Source of the DNA: Verrucomicrobiota bacterium
Lineage (GTDB): Bacteria > Verrucomicrobiota > Verrucomicrobiia > Opitutales > Seribacteraceae
Direction: 5' to 3'
Assembly (NCBI GenBank): GCA_027622665.1
Contig: JAQBYT010000006.1
Span: 64,001-128,000 of the forward strand
DNA length: 64,000 nucleotides
Each line of letters opens with the position of its first letter. The first letter of the stretch is position 1. The position numbers and the translations under genes were made by a program. Of this stretch, positions 42,216 through 52,213 are shown piece after piece. Below the pieces are notes generated by a model. The model had not been told where the DNA came from. It ran no database searches and worked only from the letters and a program-made list of their open reading frames with translations.

Positions 42216-42728
42216 TTATAGCTTAAGAATCATTTTGAAAGACTTGGTCCCCACTCGATTATTGAAGGGGATTCCGTAGATCTCAAATCCTAGACTGTGG
42301 TACAATGAAATAGCTGGTTTGTTGTAATCGCGGACGCTTAGGCAAATTCCCTGCACCTTTCCTTGAGCCCAATTTATTAATTCAGACATCAACATCTTAC
42401 CTATGCCTTGGTTTCTGAAATCCTCGAGCAGACCGATAGATAGTTCTGGTGTGTCATCATCTATATAACCAGCACCCTTATTCTCATAAGTCAATAGTCT
42501 CATCCAAGCAACTCCAATCAATGTTTTTTCCGGAGCAGGCGTCTCTGCAATGATTCCATAGTCGAGGGGCTTTCCCCATTCACAAACATATCTTCTTCGA
42601 TCGGCATTTTTTTTAGCTTCCTCAATCGTTTCACCAGTTTTCCCCATGTCCGCAGTTACGTAAACTATCTTCCAAATCAGCTCCTCATCATCTTTGTCTA
42701 TTGCTCTGAAGTCTATTTTCACCACCAA
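42216..42728 (-). CDS. GNAT N-acetyltransferase
   Basis: FRNQGIGKMLM and NKPAISLYHSLGF. Confidence 0.88.
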   Translation of the reverse strand: MVVKIDFRAIDKDDEELIWKIVYVTADMGKTGETIEEAKKNADRRRYVCEWGKPLDYGIIAETPAPEKTLIGVAWMRLLTYENKGAGYIDDDTPELSIGLLEDFRNQGIGKMLMSELINWAQGKVQGICLSVRDYNKPAISLYHSLGFEIYGIPFNNRVGTKSFKMILKL

Positions 42729-42779
42729 ATCCTTATTGGACTAAAGAATGATTTGATACAGCAGTTGAACGCAGGGCTA

Positions 42780-43304
42780 TTACTTTCGTATATGGTTTGC
42801 TAGCAAAACCTCGACATATTCAAAGGCCTTTTCCTCAGCAGTTTCGGGAGGAGCCCATTTGGCGTACTCGGTTTCCTCGGGGTTGAAGGGACCATTCGTC
42901 GTTTCATGAAAGATTACATATTCGGATTCAGGAATTACCGAATGAAAGCAACTGGTTGCCAGCCTGTAAAAAAAAGTAAGTCCTGAATTGCAAGGACCCA
43001 TACGAATAACTTTTTCCACCCTGCCTTGATCGTCAAAGAAGACAACGGATAACCTTCCTTCGATAATGTGGAAGGATTCCGTTTTGCCTTCGTGCTTATG
43101 GGGTCTGATGTAGCTTCCCCGACCAAGTACAATGGCCATTTCATGAAGAGGGTTTTCGACATCGTCATGGAGGCAAAGCCTCACCCTTTTGCGAGGAGAC
43201 TCATCCACTTTTCCTCGCAGGAAATCCACGGTGGAGTCGTTGACCTCGGTTATCGATTGACGAGTATAAAAGGCTTCCTTGCTTACTTGCTCCATTTTCA
43301 TCAT
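42780..43304 (-). CDS. WbuC-family cupin metalloprotein
   Basis: SPRKRVR, YIRPHKH...KTE and HETTNGPF. Confidence 0.85.
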   Translation of the reverse strand: MMKMEQVSKEAFYTRQSITEVNDSTVDFLRGKVDESPRKRVRLCLHDDVENPLHEMAIVLGRGSYIRPHKHEGKTESFHIIEGRLSVVFFDDQGRVEKVIRMGPCNSGLTFFYRLATSCFHSVIPESEYVIFHETTNGPFNPEETEYAKWAPPETAEEKAFEYVEVLLANHIRK

Positions 43305-44530
43305 GCGTGGGTAATCTGTAGAGATATTGATTCAGGACGAATTGCGCGCGAACTGTTGGGGGCGATGGACAGAAATCGGCCTCCCTTTTTCTCGAACTCT
43401 TTCTGGTTTTGAATGAAGCGTTCCTCCGATAGGGGGTTGATTCCTAAGAGGCAAAGCGTAATGTCCTCTTCCACAAGCGATTTGGAATTGCGAATCGGCA
43501 AGCCACAACCCGGTATATGCAAAGAATGTTTGTTGGGATCGTCATCCACGAAAAATTCCAAGTACTTGCCGATTTCAAGAACGTTGACAAAGGTGCAGCT
43601 TCGATGTCCTGCACCCAAAATGACGATCTTCCCACCTTTGGAAACGTAATTCTCAAAGAATTCACCTAATTGCCGCTTCGTATCCGTTAAGGTCATAACA
43701 AAGAAGTTGATCCTGTTACTTTCTTTCTCACTAGCATCCTTGCTTAGTTTTTCTGAAATTTGCTCGGCCGCATGGGCGGCAACGACCAAGGCGTTTTCAT
43801 CGGGATATTCAAATACCCTTGCTTGGGCTGTCTCCAGACCGTTCATGGAGAGAACCTTATCCAAACTTACCTCCGTAAAGTATGAAATATGTTCCTCCCA
43901 TAAGGTGGAGACGTCTCCATTCTCAAAAGAGGATTTACAGTCCGGAACTTCAAGGACAAGGAGTCCGCCTGGAGAAAGTAAGGACTTTAGAGTCACGAGG
44001 AACTCGGATCCATGAAAGGCATGCTCAAGTACTCTGCGGGCCAACACGATTTCAAATGATCCTCGTTTCTTGAGGATTGATTCAGCGGTGCTTGAGTCCA
44101 ATTTCGATTGAATGAGCGCCTCGCTTGGGTTTTCGTGTGGAAGCCCCAAGTCTTCCGAGGCACTCACTTGATGCAGTTGTGTGAAACCTGCTTTGGACAA
44201 TTGCCGAAGAAGAGGTTTGTCGTGCTTGGAGATTCCGAGAATGCGAGATTCTTTGGTTATCCCGGGGAATGCAGAGATGAATTGGACCATCTCGCCTAGG
44301 TGATCTTCCGGTTCATTGAATTTGATCCAATCGAATTTAGGAACCATTGATTCAACGGGCATTGGATCGGATAATTGAGCGACACCGCAAATGAGGCATT
44401 GTCCCAATGCCATGGGGAATTTATCCGCCACCTCGTGTGTCTCGACGAAATGGTGACTGACGGGTTGGCTGCCTAGGTCAATCAAGACCTTGTAGCCATC
44501 TTCACCGCAGAGCCTGCAATTGTCCGTCAT
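43301..44530 (-). CDS. Divergent sugar C-methyltransferase-family protein
   Basis: CRLC...CLIC zinc site, RRVLEH, WEEHISYF and VDDDPNK; SAM motif degenerate. Confidence 0.75.
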   Translation of the reverse strand: MTDNCRLCGEDGYKVLIDLGSQPVSHHFVETHEVADKFPMALGQCLICGVAQLSDPMPVESMVPKFDWIKFNEPEDHLGEMVQFISAFPGITKESRILGISKHDKPLLRQLSKAGFTQLHQVSASEDLGLPHENPSEALIQSKLDSSTAESILKKRGSFEIVLARRVLEHAFHGSEFLVTLKSLLSPGGLLVLEVPDCKSSFENGDVSTLWEEHISYFTEVSLDKVLSMNGLETAQARVFEYPDENALVVAAHAAEQISEKLSKDASEKESNRINFFVMTLTDTKRQLGEFFENYVSKGGKIVILGAGHRSCTFVNVLEIGKYLEFFVDDDPNKHSLHIPGCGLPIRNSKSLVEEDITLCLLGINPLSEERFIQNQKEFEKKGGRFLSIAPNSSRAIRPESISLQITHA

Positions 44531-45789
44531 TTGAGATCGAATTCCGCATCGACAACTAATAATTCGGGGCAGCAGACAATAAATTTTCCACCGCCTTTAA
44601 GATATTCCCGATTGCCCGCAATGATCTTTTTGGCATGAATCCATGCAAGAATGAAGGTATAATCAGGCCTTCGCTCAGTTAGCTCTTTAGTCGGAAGAAC
44701 TGGGATGTCATATCCCCCGATCCGCTTGTTTACTTTTTGGGGATGATCATCTACGATGTAATCTATCAAGTCTTTTAACCCCATCTGAGCAATAAGAGTG
44801 TTGCCGCTACGGGCGGCCCCAAAACCAGCTGCCGATATTCCCTGGTCTGCCCATCCCTCGGTCAGTTTGCTTACTTGCTGGCGCAGACCTGATAATTTGT
44901 CTGCAAATGATCTCAGGGTCTCAGGGCGATCGAGCAATCGATCTTCTTCGATGCTTACGATTTCCCCCACCGAAGCGGAAACCGTATGTGGTCCACCTGC
45001 CAGTTGGGCGATTCCGATGAGGGACCCTCCCTGGATGGAAACCCTTTGGAGGTCAATGAGCTCAAGACCGTTTCTTTCAAGAAATTGAATCAGTGGCTTT
45101 ACTGAATGATGGGACAGATGCTCGTGAAAGAAAGTCCCGAGAAGCATATCATCAATGATATTTTGAAGATATGAAACCTCGAACACGAAGATACCTTCGG
45201 GCGAGAGCAGACTTCGAATGCTCCGGACCATGCCTTCTAGGTCATCGGTATGGGCGAAGACATTGAAAGCGGTCACGATACTTGCAGACCCATGCTGAGT
45301 GGTTATCTTTTCAGCCAAATCGGGAGAAAGGAATTCGGCGAGGGTTTCCACGCCCGAATCGGTAGCCTTTCGAGCAATTTCCCTAGCTGGATCAACTCCT
45401 AGAACCCGTAGGCCTCTTTTTTGAAAACATCGCAGGAAAGAACCGTCGTTGCTGCCGACGTCTACGACAAAGCTGTTTTTGTCAGGAGTATGGCGTTTTA
45501 AAATCATTTCTGCGCAATCTTCGAAATGATCAATGATTCCACGGGTTTGGCCCGAATGATAGGTATAGTCATCCCACAATACTTCGGGATTCACCACTTC
45601 CAGAAGTTGCACGTGTCCGCACTCTAGGCACATGTGCAAATCCATGTCATAGAACTGTTGCTTGCCCGCGGTTTCGGAGTCAGGAAAATATTTTTCAGCC
45701 AATGGGGTTGGTGCGAGGGGGACAACCAAATCAAGCTTTTTGCTTTCGCATAGCCTGCAGGTTTCTCTTTTACTTGAATTCTTTTTCAC
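44527..45789 (-). CDS. NDP-sugar C-methyltransferase family
   Basis: CRLC...CLEC, DVGSNDGSFL, NVFAH, FHEH, QGGSL and FGAARSG. Confidence 0.88.
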   Translation of the reverse strand: MKKNSSKRETCRLCESKKLDLVVPLAPTPLAEKYFPDSETAGKQQFYDMDLHMCLECGHVQLLEVVNPEVLWDDYTYHSGQTRGIIDHFEDCAEMILKRHTPDKNSFVVDVGSNDGSFLRCFQKRGLRVLGVDPAREIARKATDSGVETLAEFLSPDLAEKITTQHGSASIVTAFNVFAHTDDLEGMVRSIRSLLSPEGIFVFEVSYLQNIIDDMLLGTFFHEHLSHHSVKPLIQFLERNGLELIDLQRVSIQGGSLIGIAQLAGGPHTVSASVGEIVSIEEDRLLDRPETLRSFADKLSGLRQQVSKLTEGWADQGISAAGFGAARSGNTLIAQMGLKDLIDYIVDDHPQKVNKRIGGYDIPVLPTKELTERRPDYTFILAWIHAKKIIAGNREYLKGGGKFIVCCPELLVVDAEFDLK

Positions 45790-45907
45790 TTCAAAGGGGT
45801 TTTAGTTAGGCAATTAAAAGTTGGAAGCAGATTTCAGCCCTTCGTGCATTTTTCGGAGACTGCATTTCATTTCAGGCTTAGGGGTTTAATCGGCAAAAGT
45901 CTTGATC

Positions 45908-47104
45908 TTATTTTGAAAACTTTTCGGCTGTTTTCGCAATCATCCGAACGGCAAACGCAATTTCTTTTTCCGAAACGGGTGGATGTACGCAAAGTTCCAG
46001 CAAGTGATTGTCGCAAAGATTCTCAATGATCGGAAAAGAGAGAGAATTGTATTTCTTACCTTTCATCACACCGTCATATGTCGACCACTCCCAGGGTAGT
46101 CCTCTTGCAGGAACCTTTTCGGGATTAAAATGCGGATGCTTGTGCAGAAGTGTCCAAGTCATTTCCAATGGAACTCCGGAATCCTGCACCTGAGATGAAA
46201 ACTCCTCCAGGTCGCAATTGAATTTTTCACGATCAAAGTGAAGCAAGACGCGATAATAGACTGACTTCGCGCAAGGGAGAGGCTTGATTACGTCAAGTCC
46301 CTCGATATCTTCCAATAGCCGCTCGAGTAACTCCGCATTGTCCTGCCTGACTTGGTTGTGGGTATCCAGCTTTCCGAGTTGAATCAATCCAAGGGCACCG
46401 GCGAACTCGGTCATGCGGTAATTGTAACTAAGTTGTTTATGGCCGAAGGAACGCAGTCGGTAAATCTTCTCATCGATTTCAGGATCATTGGTGGTGACCA
46501 CGCCTCCGTCTCCAGCACTTAGTGACTTGCGTTGGTGCATACTGAAGACGCCGACATCTCCAATGCCTCCGCATCTGCGACCTTTGTATTCCGCTCCGTA
46601 GGCGTGGGATGCATCTTCAATTACTGAAAGGCCATGTTTTTGAGCCAGTTCCATAATGGGGTCCATATCCGCAGGGTAGCCAAACATATGTACGACGACG
46701 ATTGCCCGAGTACGATGGGAAAGGTGTCTCGCTATCTTTTCTGCGCTCAAGGCCCTGGTCTGTGGATCACAGTCGCAAAATACGGGTACTGCGTTTTGCA
46801 TGAGAATTGAGCTGGCTGAGGCAATGAAAGTGTAGGGGGTGACGATGACTTCGTCACCGATTCCAATGTCGAGAGCAGCCATTGCCAGATGCAAACCTTG
46901 GGTTGCGTTTCCCACTCCCTTGGCGAAGCTCGTACCCGTATATGATTTGAAATTATCCTCGAACTCCCTGACGCGATCCGCGGCGAACAATTGGTTCGAA
47001 TCGATCACTCTTTTTACGGCTTCCTTTTCTTCTTCGCCGTATTGGGGCCAGGTGGGCCAGGCAATGGTGTTGTTCTCTTTCAACAGACAGTCGCTGCGAT
47101 ACAT
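45908..47104 (-). CDS. DegT/DnrJ aminotransferase with RifK/BtrR-like N-terminus
   Basis: WPTWPQYG, EDASHAYG, FSMHQRKSLSAGDGG and NYRMTEF; start uncertain. Confidence 0.88.
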   Translation of the reverse strand: MYRSDCLLKENNTIAWPTWPQYGEEEKEAVKRVIDSNQLFAADRVREFEDNFKSYTGTSFAKGVGNATQGLHLAMAALDIGIGDEVIVTPYTFIASASSILMQNAVPVFCDCDPQTRALSAEKIARHLSHRTRAIVVVHMFGYPADMDPIMELAQKHGLSVIEDASHAYGAEYKGRRCGGIGDVGVFSMHQRKSLSAGDGGVVTTNDPEIDEKIYRLRSFGHKQLSYNYRMTEFAGALGLIQLGKLDTHNQVRQDNAELLERLLEDIEGLDVIKPLPCAKSVYYRVLLHFDREKFNCDLEEFSSQVQDSGVPLEMTWTLLHKHPHFNPEKVPARGLPWEWSTYDGVMKGKKYNSLSFPIIENLCDNHLLELCVHPPVSEKEIAFAVRMIAKTAEKFSK

Positions 47105-47787
47105 GAATAATTGATGTGCCTGAAGTTAAGATGCAACCCGCGTTTTGCAAAGAATTCGTCAGTAGCCTCGCGGGCTCCGCTATGGTGACCATAATCATCT
47201 ATAATGATTGAGCCTCCGTTTTGAACGCGGTCGTAAAAGTTCACCAAGGCTGCCATCGTGGGTTCGTACCAATCCATGTCGAGTCGAAGAATCGATATTT
47301 TCTCAATTTCGGGTTCTATTGTTTCTGAGGTTACTTCTCCTTTCCGCAAAGTCACGTCGGTTCTGATTGCAGTAAGATGTTTGAGAACCGAATCGTAATG
47401 TGATTTGACCCATGATCCATTTTCCTCGATTTCCTTGTGAAACCTTTCGTTCATGTTGTTTCCCCAAGCATCCACTTCATTTTTACTTGGTTCGGGATGT
47501 CCCTCAAATGTGTCGAATCCATAAACCTTGTTCTTGCCATTGAAACGGTTCAGGGCATGACATGCCATTTCCAACCCGCCCCCTTTCCACACTCCAAATT
47601 CCAAAACATCTCCCGTCAGTCCCTTTGCAGTGATATACTTAACCGTATTCCAAAGATCATAAAGAACTTCCGCTGAGAGCATTGTCTTGGATTTGACTAA
47701 TTCCAAGCAATCGTTGAATTCCTTTGGTGTGACTTTGGCAAAAAGTTTCACATGGCTTTCCTGCTGTTTTTTTTGGTAATCGATCAT
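47080..47787 (-). CDS. TylF/MycF/NovP-family O-methyltransferase
   Basis: GDVLEFGVWKGG, FDTFEG, LRLDMDWYE and IIDDY. Confidence 0.9.
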   Translation of the reverse strand: MIDYQKKQQESHVKLFAKVTPKEFNDCLELVKSKTMLSAEVLYDLWNTVKYITAKGLTGDVLEFGVWKGGGLEMACHALNRFNGKNKVYGFDTFEGHPEPSKNEVDAWGNNMNERFHKEIEENGSWVKSHYDSVLKHLTAIRTDVTLRKGEVTSETIEPEIEKISILRLDMDWYEPTMAALVNFYDRVQNGGSIIIDDYGHHSGAREATDEFFAKRGLHLNFRHINYSCIAATVC

Positions 47788-47841
47788 TTAGCTAACCTGA
47801 AGTGAATTTGAAGTAAGAAACATGTTCGAAATGTCTTGGTT

Positions 47842-49494
47842 TTAAGCAGGTTGAGCGATGTTCGGGTCATGAAGGAGTCTATTCAGGGAATTGGTAAGAG
47901 AGGGGAGATCGATCTCGGAGGATTCTGCCAATTCTCTTCTTTTTCGGTCCTCGGGGTGAAAGACGTTGAGGCATATGTAACACCATTTCAAATTTGCCAT
48001 ACGAGCAACCAAAGGCAAACGCCGGACAAAATTTCCGATTTTCTGCTTAGGAAGAAGCTCGATGATCCTATTTTTCATCACGGGAAAGAGCTCTGATGGA
48101 GCTTTGTGTTTAGGTTGGGCAAAAAAGTCTGCAATCGTTTTGGCGGGATCATCCCATCCGGCATATTCGAAATCATAAAAGCAGAGAGAGCCATTCGTTT
48201 GCAAAACCGCATTATGCAATCCGAAGTCCGACGGAGACAAAATTCGCTCCTCCACAGTGATCACTTGATTGAAACGTGGATTGGCGAGAACCTCCTCAGC
48301 AAGCTCTTTGTACTTCCTTTCCAAGTCATTCAATAAAAAGTCCTTGATCGATTTTGGTATGCTCTTTGGTTCGCTCTGGATTCGCCGTAGCCAAAAATCG
48401 TGACGTCCTTGAAGGATGCTCCAATGATCCCGTATGGAAAACGCAGATTCGGATGCGCAAGGAACTCCTTTGGCCGCTTCCGTATTTCTTCCCTGCTGGA
48501 GCTGGGTGATGAAATCGAAGCACTTTTCCCAATGGGCAGAATCGATAGGAGAGTTTGAATCAAAAAAATCGCCATGCAACCACTCGAAAACGGCGATTCC
48601 CAAGTTTTCTTCCTTTGCAATAAGCTGCGGAAAGAGCTCAAGTTCAAGGGTCTCAAGGTATTTGGCAAAGGCATTTTCGTGGAGCAAGCGGTCTCGTGTA
48701 TCCGATGGATCCTTGAAATATACCTTGCCCATGAGAGTCTTGTTGCCAGTGGAAATCTTATAGGACCGGTTGTTTCCTCCTCCTCTGAGTGTTTCCAATC
48801 TTAACTTATCAGAGGAAGGCAAGTTAAGAAGTGTTCTGAAGCTGTCCTCGTGCAGATTTGATGGAAGGGTAGTTGGAGCGGATATGGATACTTTATTTTT
48901 GTTCCCGGGGCAATCCAGTAGCTGGTCAGCATTCATCCATGAAAGTATGGACTCCAGAGATTCATGTTCTTTGCCGAATAAAATCCCTTTAGTGAAGCTG
49001 GGGAATCTCTCATGTTCGAGAACGGTGGTAAGATCGTCGATGAAAAGGTCGCAATTTTCTCTTCCTATCCGTTCGACCTTATTCTCCAAGGTCGTTTCAA
49101 AAAAGCAATTTTCCCCGATAATGCGTTGAGGAGATAGTATGCCCATCTCTTTTAACCATTCGATGGCTGCCTCATGCAGGTCAATCGGTGCCCCGGAAGC
49201 AGGAAAAATAGTTCTATGGCTGACCACGATGATTTTATGGTCGAGGGATCCCGCTTTTTCCAAGAAATCGACAAATCCGGCAAAGAGGGCGGCTGATGAA
49301 ATATTAGTTCCGTATATCCTTCCTTGGATTCGGGTCCATTCGAGATTGCCATTTTCCTTGCCGAGGAAAAAGTCCTTAACCACTTGCTTCGGCTTTTCCT
49401 CCTTTTCAATAGAGAGCCCTTCGTCCAAGGCGACCTTCCTGAAGGACTCGTCATGGCAGGCAATGGTGTTGTCGAAATCAATTCCTATGATCAT
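47842..49494 (-). CDS. HAD-like phosphatase fused to APH/choline-kinase-like phosphotransferase
   Basis: IGIDFDNTI...FIDD (HAD); GGGNNRSY, SPSDFGLHN and DFEYAGWDDP (kinase). Confidence 0.82.
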   Translation of the reverse strand: MIIGIDFDNTIACHDESFRKVALDEGLSIEKEEKPKQVVKDFFLGKENGNLEWTRIQGRIYGTNISSAALFAGFVDFLEKAGSLDHKIIVVSHRTIFPASGAPIDLHEAAIEWLKEMGILSPQRIIGENCFFETTLENKVERIGRENCDLFIDDLTTVLEHERFPSFTKGILFGKEHESLESILSWMNADQLLDCPGNKNKVSISAPTTLPSNLHEDSFRTLLNLPSSDKLRLETLRGGGNNRSYKISTGNKTLMGKVYFKDPSDTRDRLLHENAFAKYLETLELELFPQLIAKEENLGIAVFEWLHGDFFDSNSPIDSAHWEKCFDFITQLQQGRNTEAAKGVPCASESAFSIRDHWSILQGRHDFWLRRIQSEPKSIPKSIKDFLLNDLERKYKELAEEVLANPRFNQVITVEERILSPSDFGLHNAVLQTNGSLCFYDFEYAGWDDPAKTIADFFAQPKHKAPSELFPVMKNRIIELLPKQKIGNFVRRLPLVARMANLKWCYICLNVFHPEDRKRRELAESSEIDLPSLTNSLNRLLHDPNIAQPA

Positions 49495-49538
49495 CGGCGA
49501 GAATCTTTTCTTTCCGTCCGGAATTCGGGGAACTTGGG

Positions 49539-49569
49539 AAAAAGGCCATTTCCCGGCATGAGGAATGGC
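49539..49569 (-). terminator. Internal terminator-like hairpin
   Basis: Minus strand GCCATTCC-N8-GGAAATGGC-CTTTTT right after the dehydrogenase stop. Confidence 0.4.
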
Positions 49570-49575
49570 GGGGTT

Positions 49576-50607
49576 TCAGAATGTAATGAGAGTATGGGTG
49601 CTCTCTCCCGAACGCATTCTTGAGATTGCCGAATTTACGTCCTCGAGCTTACAGCGATGACTAACGAAATCATCCAAATGAAATACGCCTTCATCCATCA
49701 TCTGCGTGTAGCGTGGAATGTCGAGGTGAGGCTGGCTCTGTCCACCTTCGGAACCGGTCAGCGTTCTTCCGAAATGAAGGGGTAGGGTATTCAGGCTTAC
49801 TTTCTGATCAAATCGGATTACTCCGAAAAGAACGCAGGTACCTTCCTTGGATGTCAGTTCGTAGGCTCTCTCAATGACCTTGGGATTCCCCGTTCCCTCA
49901 ATCATCACATCGACCTCCGCTTTTCCCAGAATATCGCAAAGAGCATCTTCCAAAGCGACTTCGCTTTGATTTACGCAGTGAGTGGCTCCGCATTTTTTCG
50001 CCTGCTCGAGCTTGTGGTCGAACAAGTCGACCGCGACTATCGGATTCGCCCCCGCAAGCTTGGCGCCTAAGACGGCACCGAGTCCGATGCCACCGACCCC
50101 AATTATGCAGACCGATTGCCCGATTCGTACTTTGGCATCGTTGGAGATGATGCCGAAGCCGGTGGTAATGGTATCTGCCATAAGGGCGGACACTTCGTGC
50201 CCATATTTCGGCTCAATCGGAGTAAGCCTGCTCTCCGAAATGATGGAGTGCTGATTGAACGTCGTAATATGTCCGGCGTTCACCTGTGTCCCCTTCCAAT
50301 CATAAGTTGGACAAGGGCCCGAGATGCCGGGTGCCGGACGCCAGTGGCAGACGACGTGTTCGCCTTCCCTTACGCGAGTAACGAGAGGTCCCACCTCGCG
50401 GACGATTCCGCCTGCCTCATGTCCAAGGAGGTGGGGGAGATAGTCATCAGGACCCTTGACCCCGTCGATTTCGCCCAGTTGCGAACCGCAAATGCGTGTC
50501 GCCTTGATTTCCACCAGAACCTTGCCGGGCCCGAGTGAGGGAACCTCGACTTCATCAACGATGAGTTCCTTGTTTTGGGAGACGAGAATGGCTGCTTGGG
50601 TTTTCAT
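49576..50607 (-). CDS. Zinc-binding alcohol dehydrogenase family
   Basis: ICGSQ, LGHEAGG and GVGGIG. Confidence 0.9.
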   Translation of the reverse strand: MKTQAAILVSQNKELIVDEVEVPSLGPGKVLVEIKATRICGSQLGEIDGVKGPDDYLPHLLGHEAGGIVREVGPLVTRVREGEHVVCHWRPAPGISGPCPTYDWKGTQVNAGHITTFNQHSIISESRLTPIEPKYGHEVSALMADTITTGFGIISNDAKVRIGQSVCIIGVGGIGLGAVLGAKLAGANPIVAVDLFDHKLEQAKKCGATHCVNQSEVALEDALCDILGKAEVDVMIEGTGNPKVIERAYELTSKEGTCVLFGVIRFDQKVSLNTLPLHFGRTLTGSEGGQSQPHLDIPRYTQMMDEGVFHLDDFVSHRCKLEDVNSAISRMRSGESTHTLITF

Positions 50608-51266
50608 TCGAAAAAGATGAAACTGTGGTCTCCGGAGTACCCGGTGCTTTCAAACCACCACTCCCATTCCTCGGGGGAGCAAAAAGCCTCGCAGGTCAAT
50701 TGCCAATAGAGCAGGTTGGCTTTCTCACTTTCGTTGCGGTAAGATTCCACACACAAATACTTTCGGTCCTGTCCGACCCTCTCGATTTCCCTGAGAGCCG
50801 AATCGAGGTCATAATTGGGGAGGTTGTGAAGGGTGTTGAGCGATAGCACGAAATCAAAGGCGTTGTCTCCCCATGGGAGCTGGTTGGCTCCGCCTGTGGT
50901 AATGGAGTCCCGTATTTCCTCCTTGGAGTGCTCCTTGGCGTATTCGGAAATATCAAGGCCGAAAACCTCAACGCCGGGAACTGCCAAGGTGAAATCATAC
51001 ATCAGGAATCCCTTCCCGCAACCGATGTCCAGAATCTTGTCTCCGGGCTTGATGCCATAATGCTCTGCCATGGCTTGGGCTACCTTAAGCCAACGGCCGT
51101 CGTACTTCATTCCCCCGTAACCCCAGCGACGATCCCCGTCCCAATAATCGTATCCCCATGACTTCGCTTTTTCGGCGGCTTTTGCCTTGGGGTATTCGGT
51201 AACCCTTGCGACATAGTCGCGCGTGGTCGACTTATGGAGCAGGGAAATGAAATCTAGGTTGGCCAT
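50604..51266 (-). CDS. Class I SAM-dependent methyltransferase
   Basis: ILDIGCGKG, LDISEYA and LPWGDNAFD. Confidence 0.9.
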   Translation of the reverse strand: MANLDFISLLHKSTTRDYVARVTEYPKAKAAEKAKSWGYDYWDGDRRWGYGGMKYDGRWLKVAQAMAEHYGIKPGDKILDIGCGKGFLMYDFTLAVPGVEVFGLDISEYAKEHSKEEIRDSITTGGANQLPWGDNAFDFVLSLNTLHNLPNYDLDSALREIERVGQDRKYLCVESYRNESEKANLLYWQLTCEAFCSPEEWEWWFESTGYSGDHSFIFFE

Positions 51267-51280
51267 GGTAAGTGAATCTT

Positions 51281-52210
51281 TCAGGCAGGACCAATGAAGT
51301 GCGTGATTTGTTCGAGTAACCCCGCCTTGTCCAGTCTGCAGACCTTGCGGGCTGATTCCTGGTTGCCGGTGTAAAGCAGGAATTGATCAGGAGTGCCGAT
51401 CGTGAAGAGTCGCGCCTTTGTCTTGGCTTGACTGGAAAACCATTCCGCCACTGCGGACCCGAAGCCGCCCTTCCTGCTATGCTCCTCGACTGTGACAACG
51501 TATTCATGCTCAATGAAAATCTGCTCAAGGCACTTCTCGTCCAAGGGCTTCACTGAATGAAAACTGTAAAGGGAGGAAGAGATTCCGCGTTCTTCGAGTT
51601 CATCCGAGACAGACGAACAATTTGGCAATATATTGCCTGTTGCGAGAAGGGCTACGGATTCCCCGCGCTTCAGGCAAATGGATTTACCTACCTCGAATTC
51701 ATCGAGGGCTTTCCCGTGTACGGGAGCCTCTCCTTTTTTCCCGATCCTCAGATAGGTTGGCTTTGGGTTCTTGAAAAAAGCCTTGGTTGCGGCGCGCACC
51801 TCGAGGGGGTCACCTGCGCAGATAACCTGCATGTTCGGAAGGCTCCTCATGAGGGCAATGTCCTCGAGCGAATGATGGGTTGACCCGTTGGAGGCATAGG
51901 AGAGGCCTCCTCCCACGCCAACCAACAGGACGGCTGCATCGTGATAAGAGACGTCGACTCTTATTTGCTCAAAGGCCCGGTATATGAGAAAGGAAGCGAT
52001 GGTGTAGACAACTGGCTTCATTCCGGTCATTGCCAAGCCGGAGCCCATGGTGACCATATTTGCTTCGGCCACGCCGCAGTTGACGAATCTTTCGGGGTTG
52101 CTTTCCTTATAGTTGTCAAAAAGCCTGTTTCCGATGTCGCCGGACAACAAAACGACCGAGGGATCGTCTTTGGCAATTTGCGTGATTTCATCTGCAAAGG
52201 CGTTTCGCAT
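51281..52210 (-). CDS. Transketolase, C-terminal (pyrimidine-binding) subunit
   Basis: NCGVAEANM, RAFEQIR, THHSLED, VKPLD and VTVEEH. Confidence 0.92.
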   Translation of the reverse strand: MRNAFADEITQIAKDDPSVVLLSGDIGNRLFDNYKESNPERFVNCGVAEANMVTMGSGLAMTGMKPVVYTIASFLIYRAFEQIRVDVSYHDAAVLLVGVGGGLSYASNGSTHHSLEDIALMRSLPNMQVICAGDPLEVRAATKAFFKNPKPTYLRIGKKGEAPVHGKALDEFEVGKSICLKRGESVALLATGNILPNCSSVSDELEERGISSSLYSFHSVKPLDEKCLEQIFIEHEYVVTVEEHSRKGGFGSAVAEWFSSQAKTKARLFTIGTPDQFLLYTGNQESARKVCRLDKAGLLEQITHFIGPA

Positions 52211-52213
52211 ATT

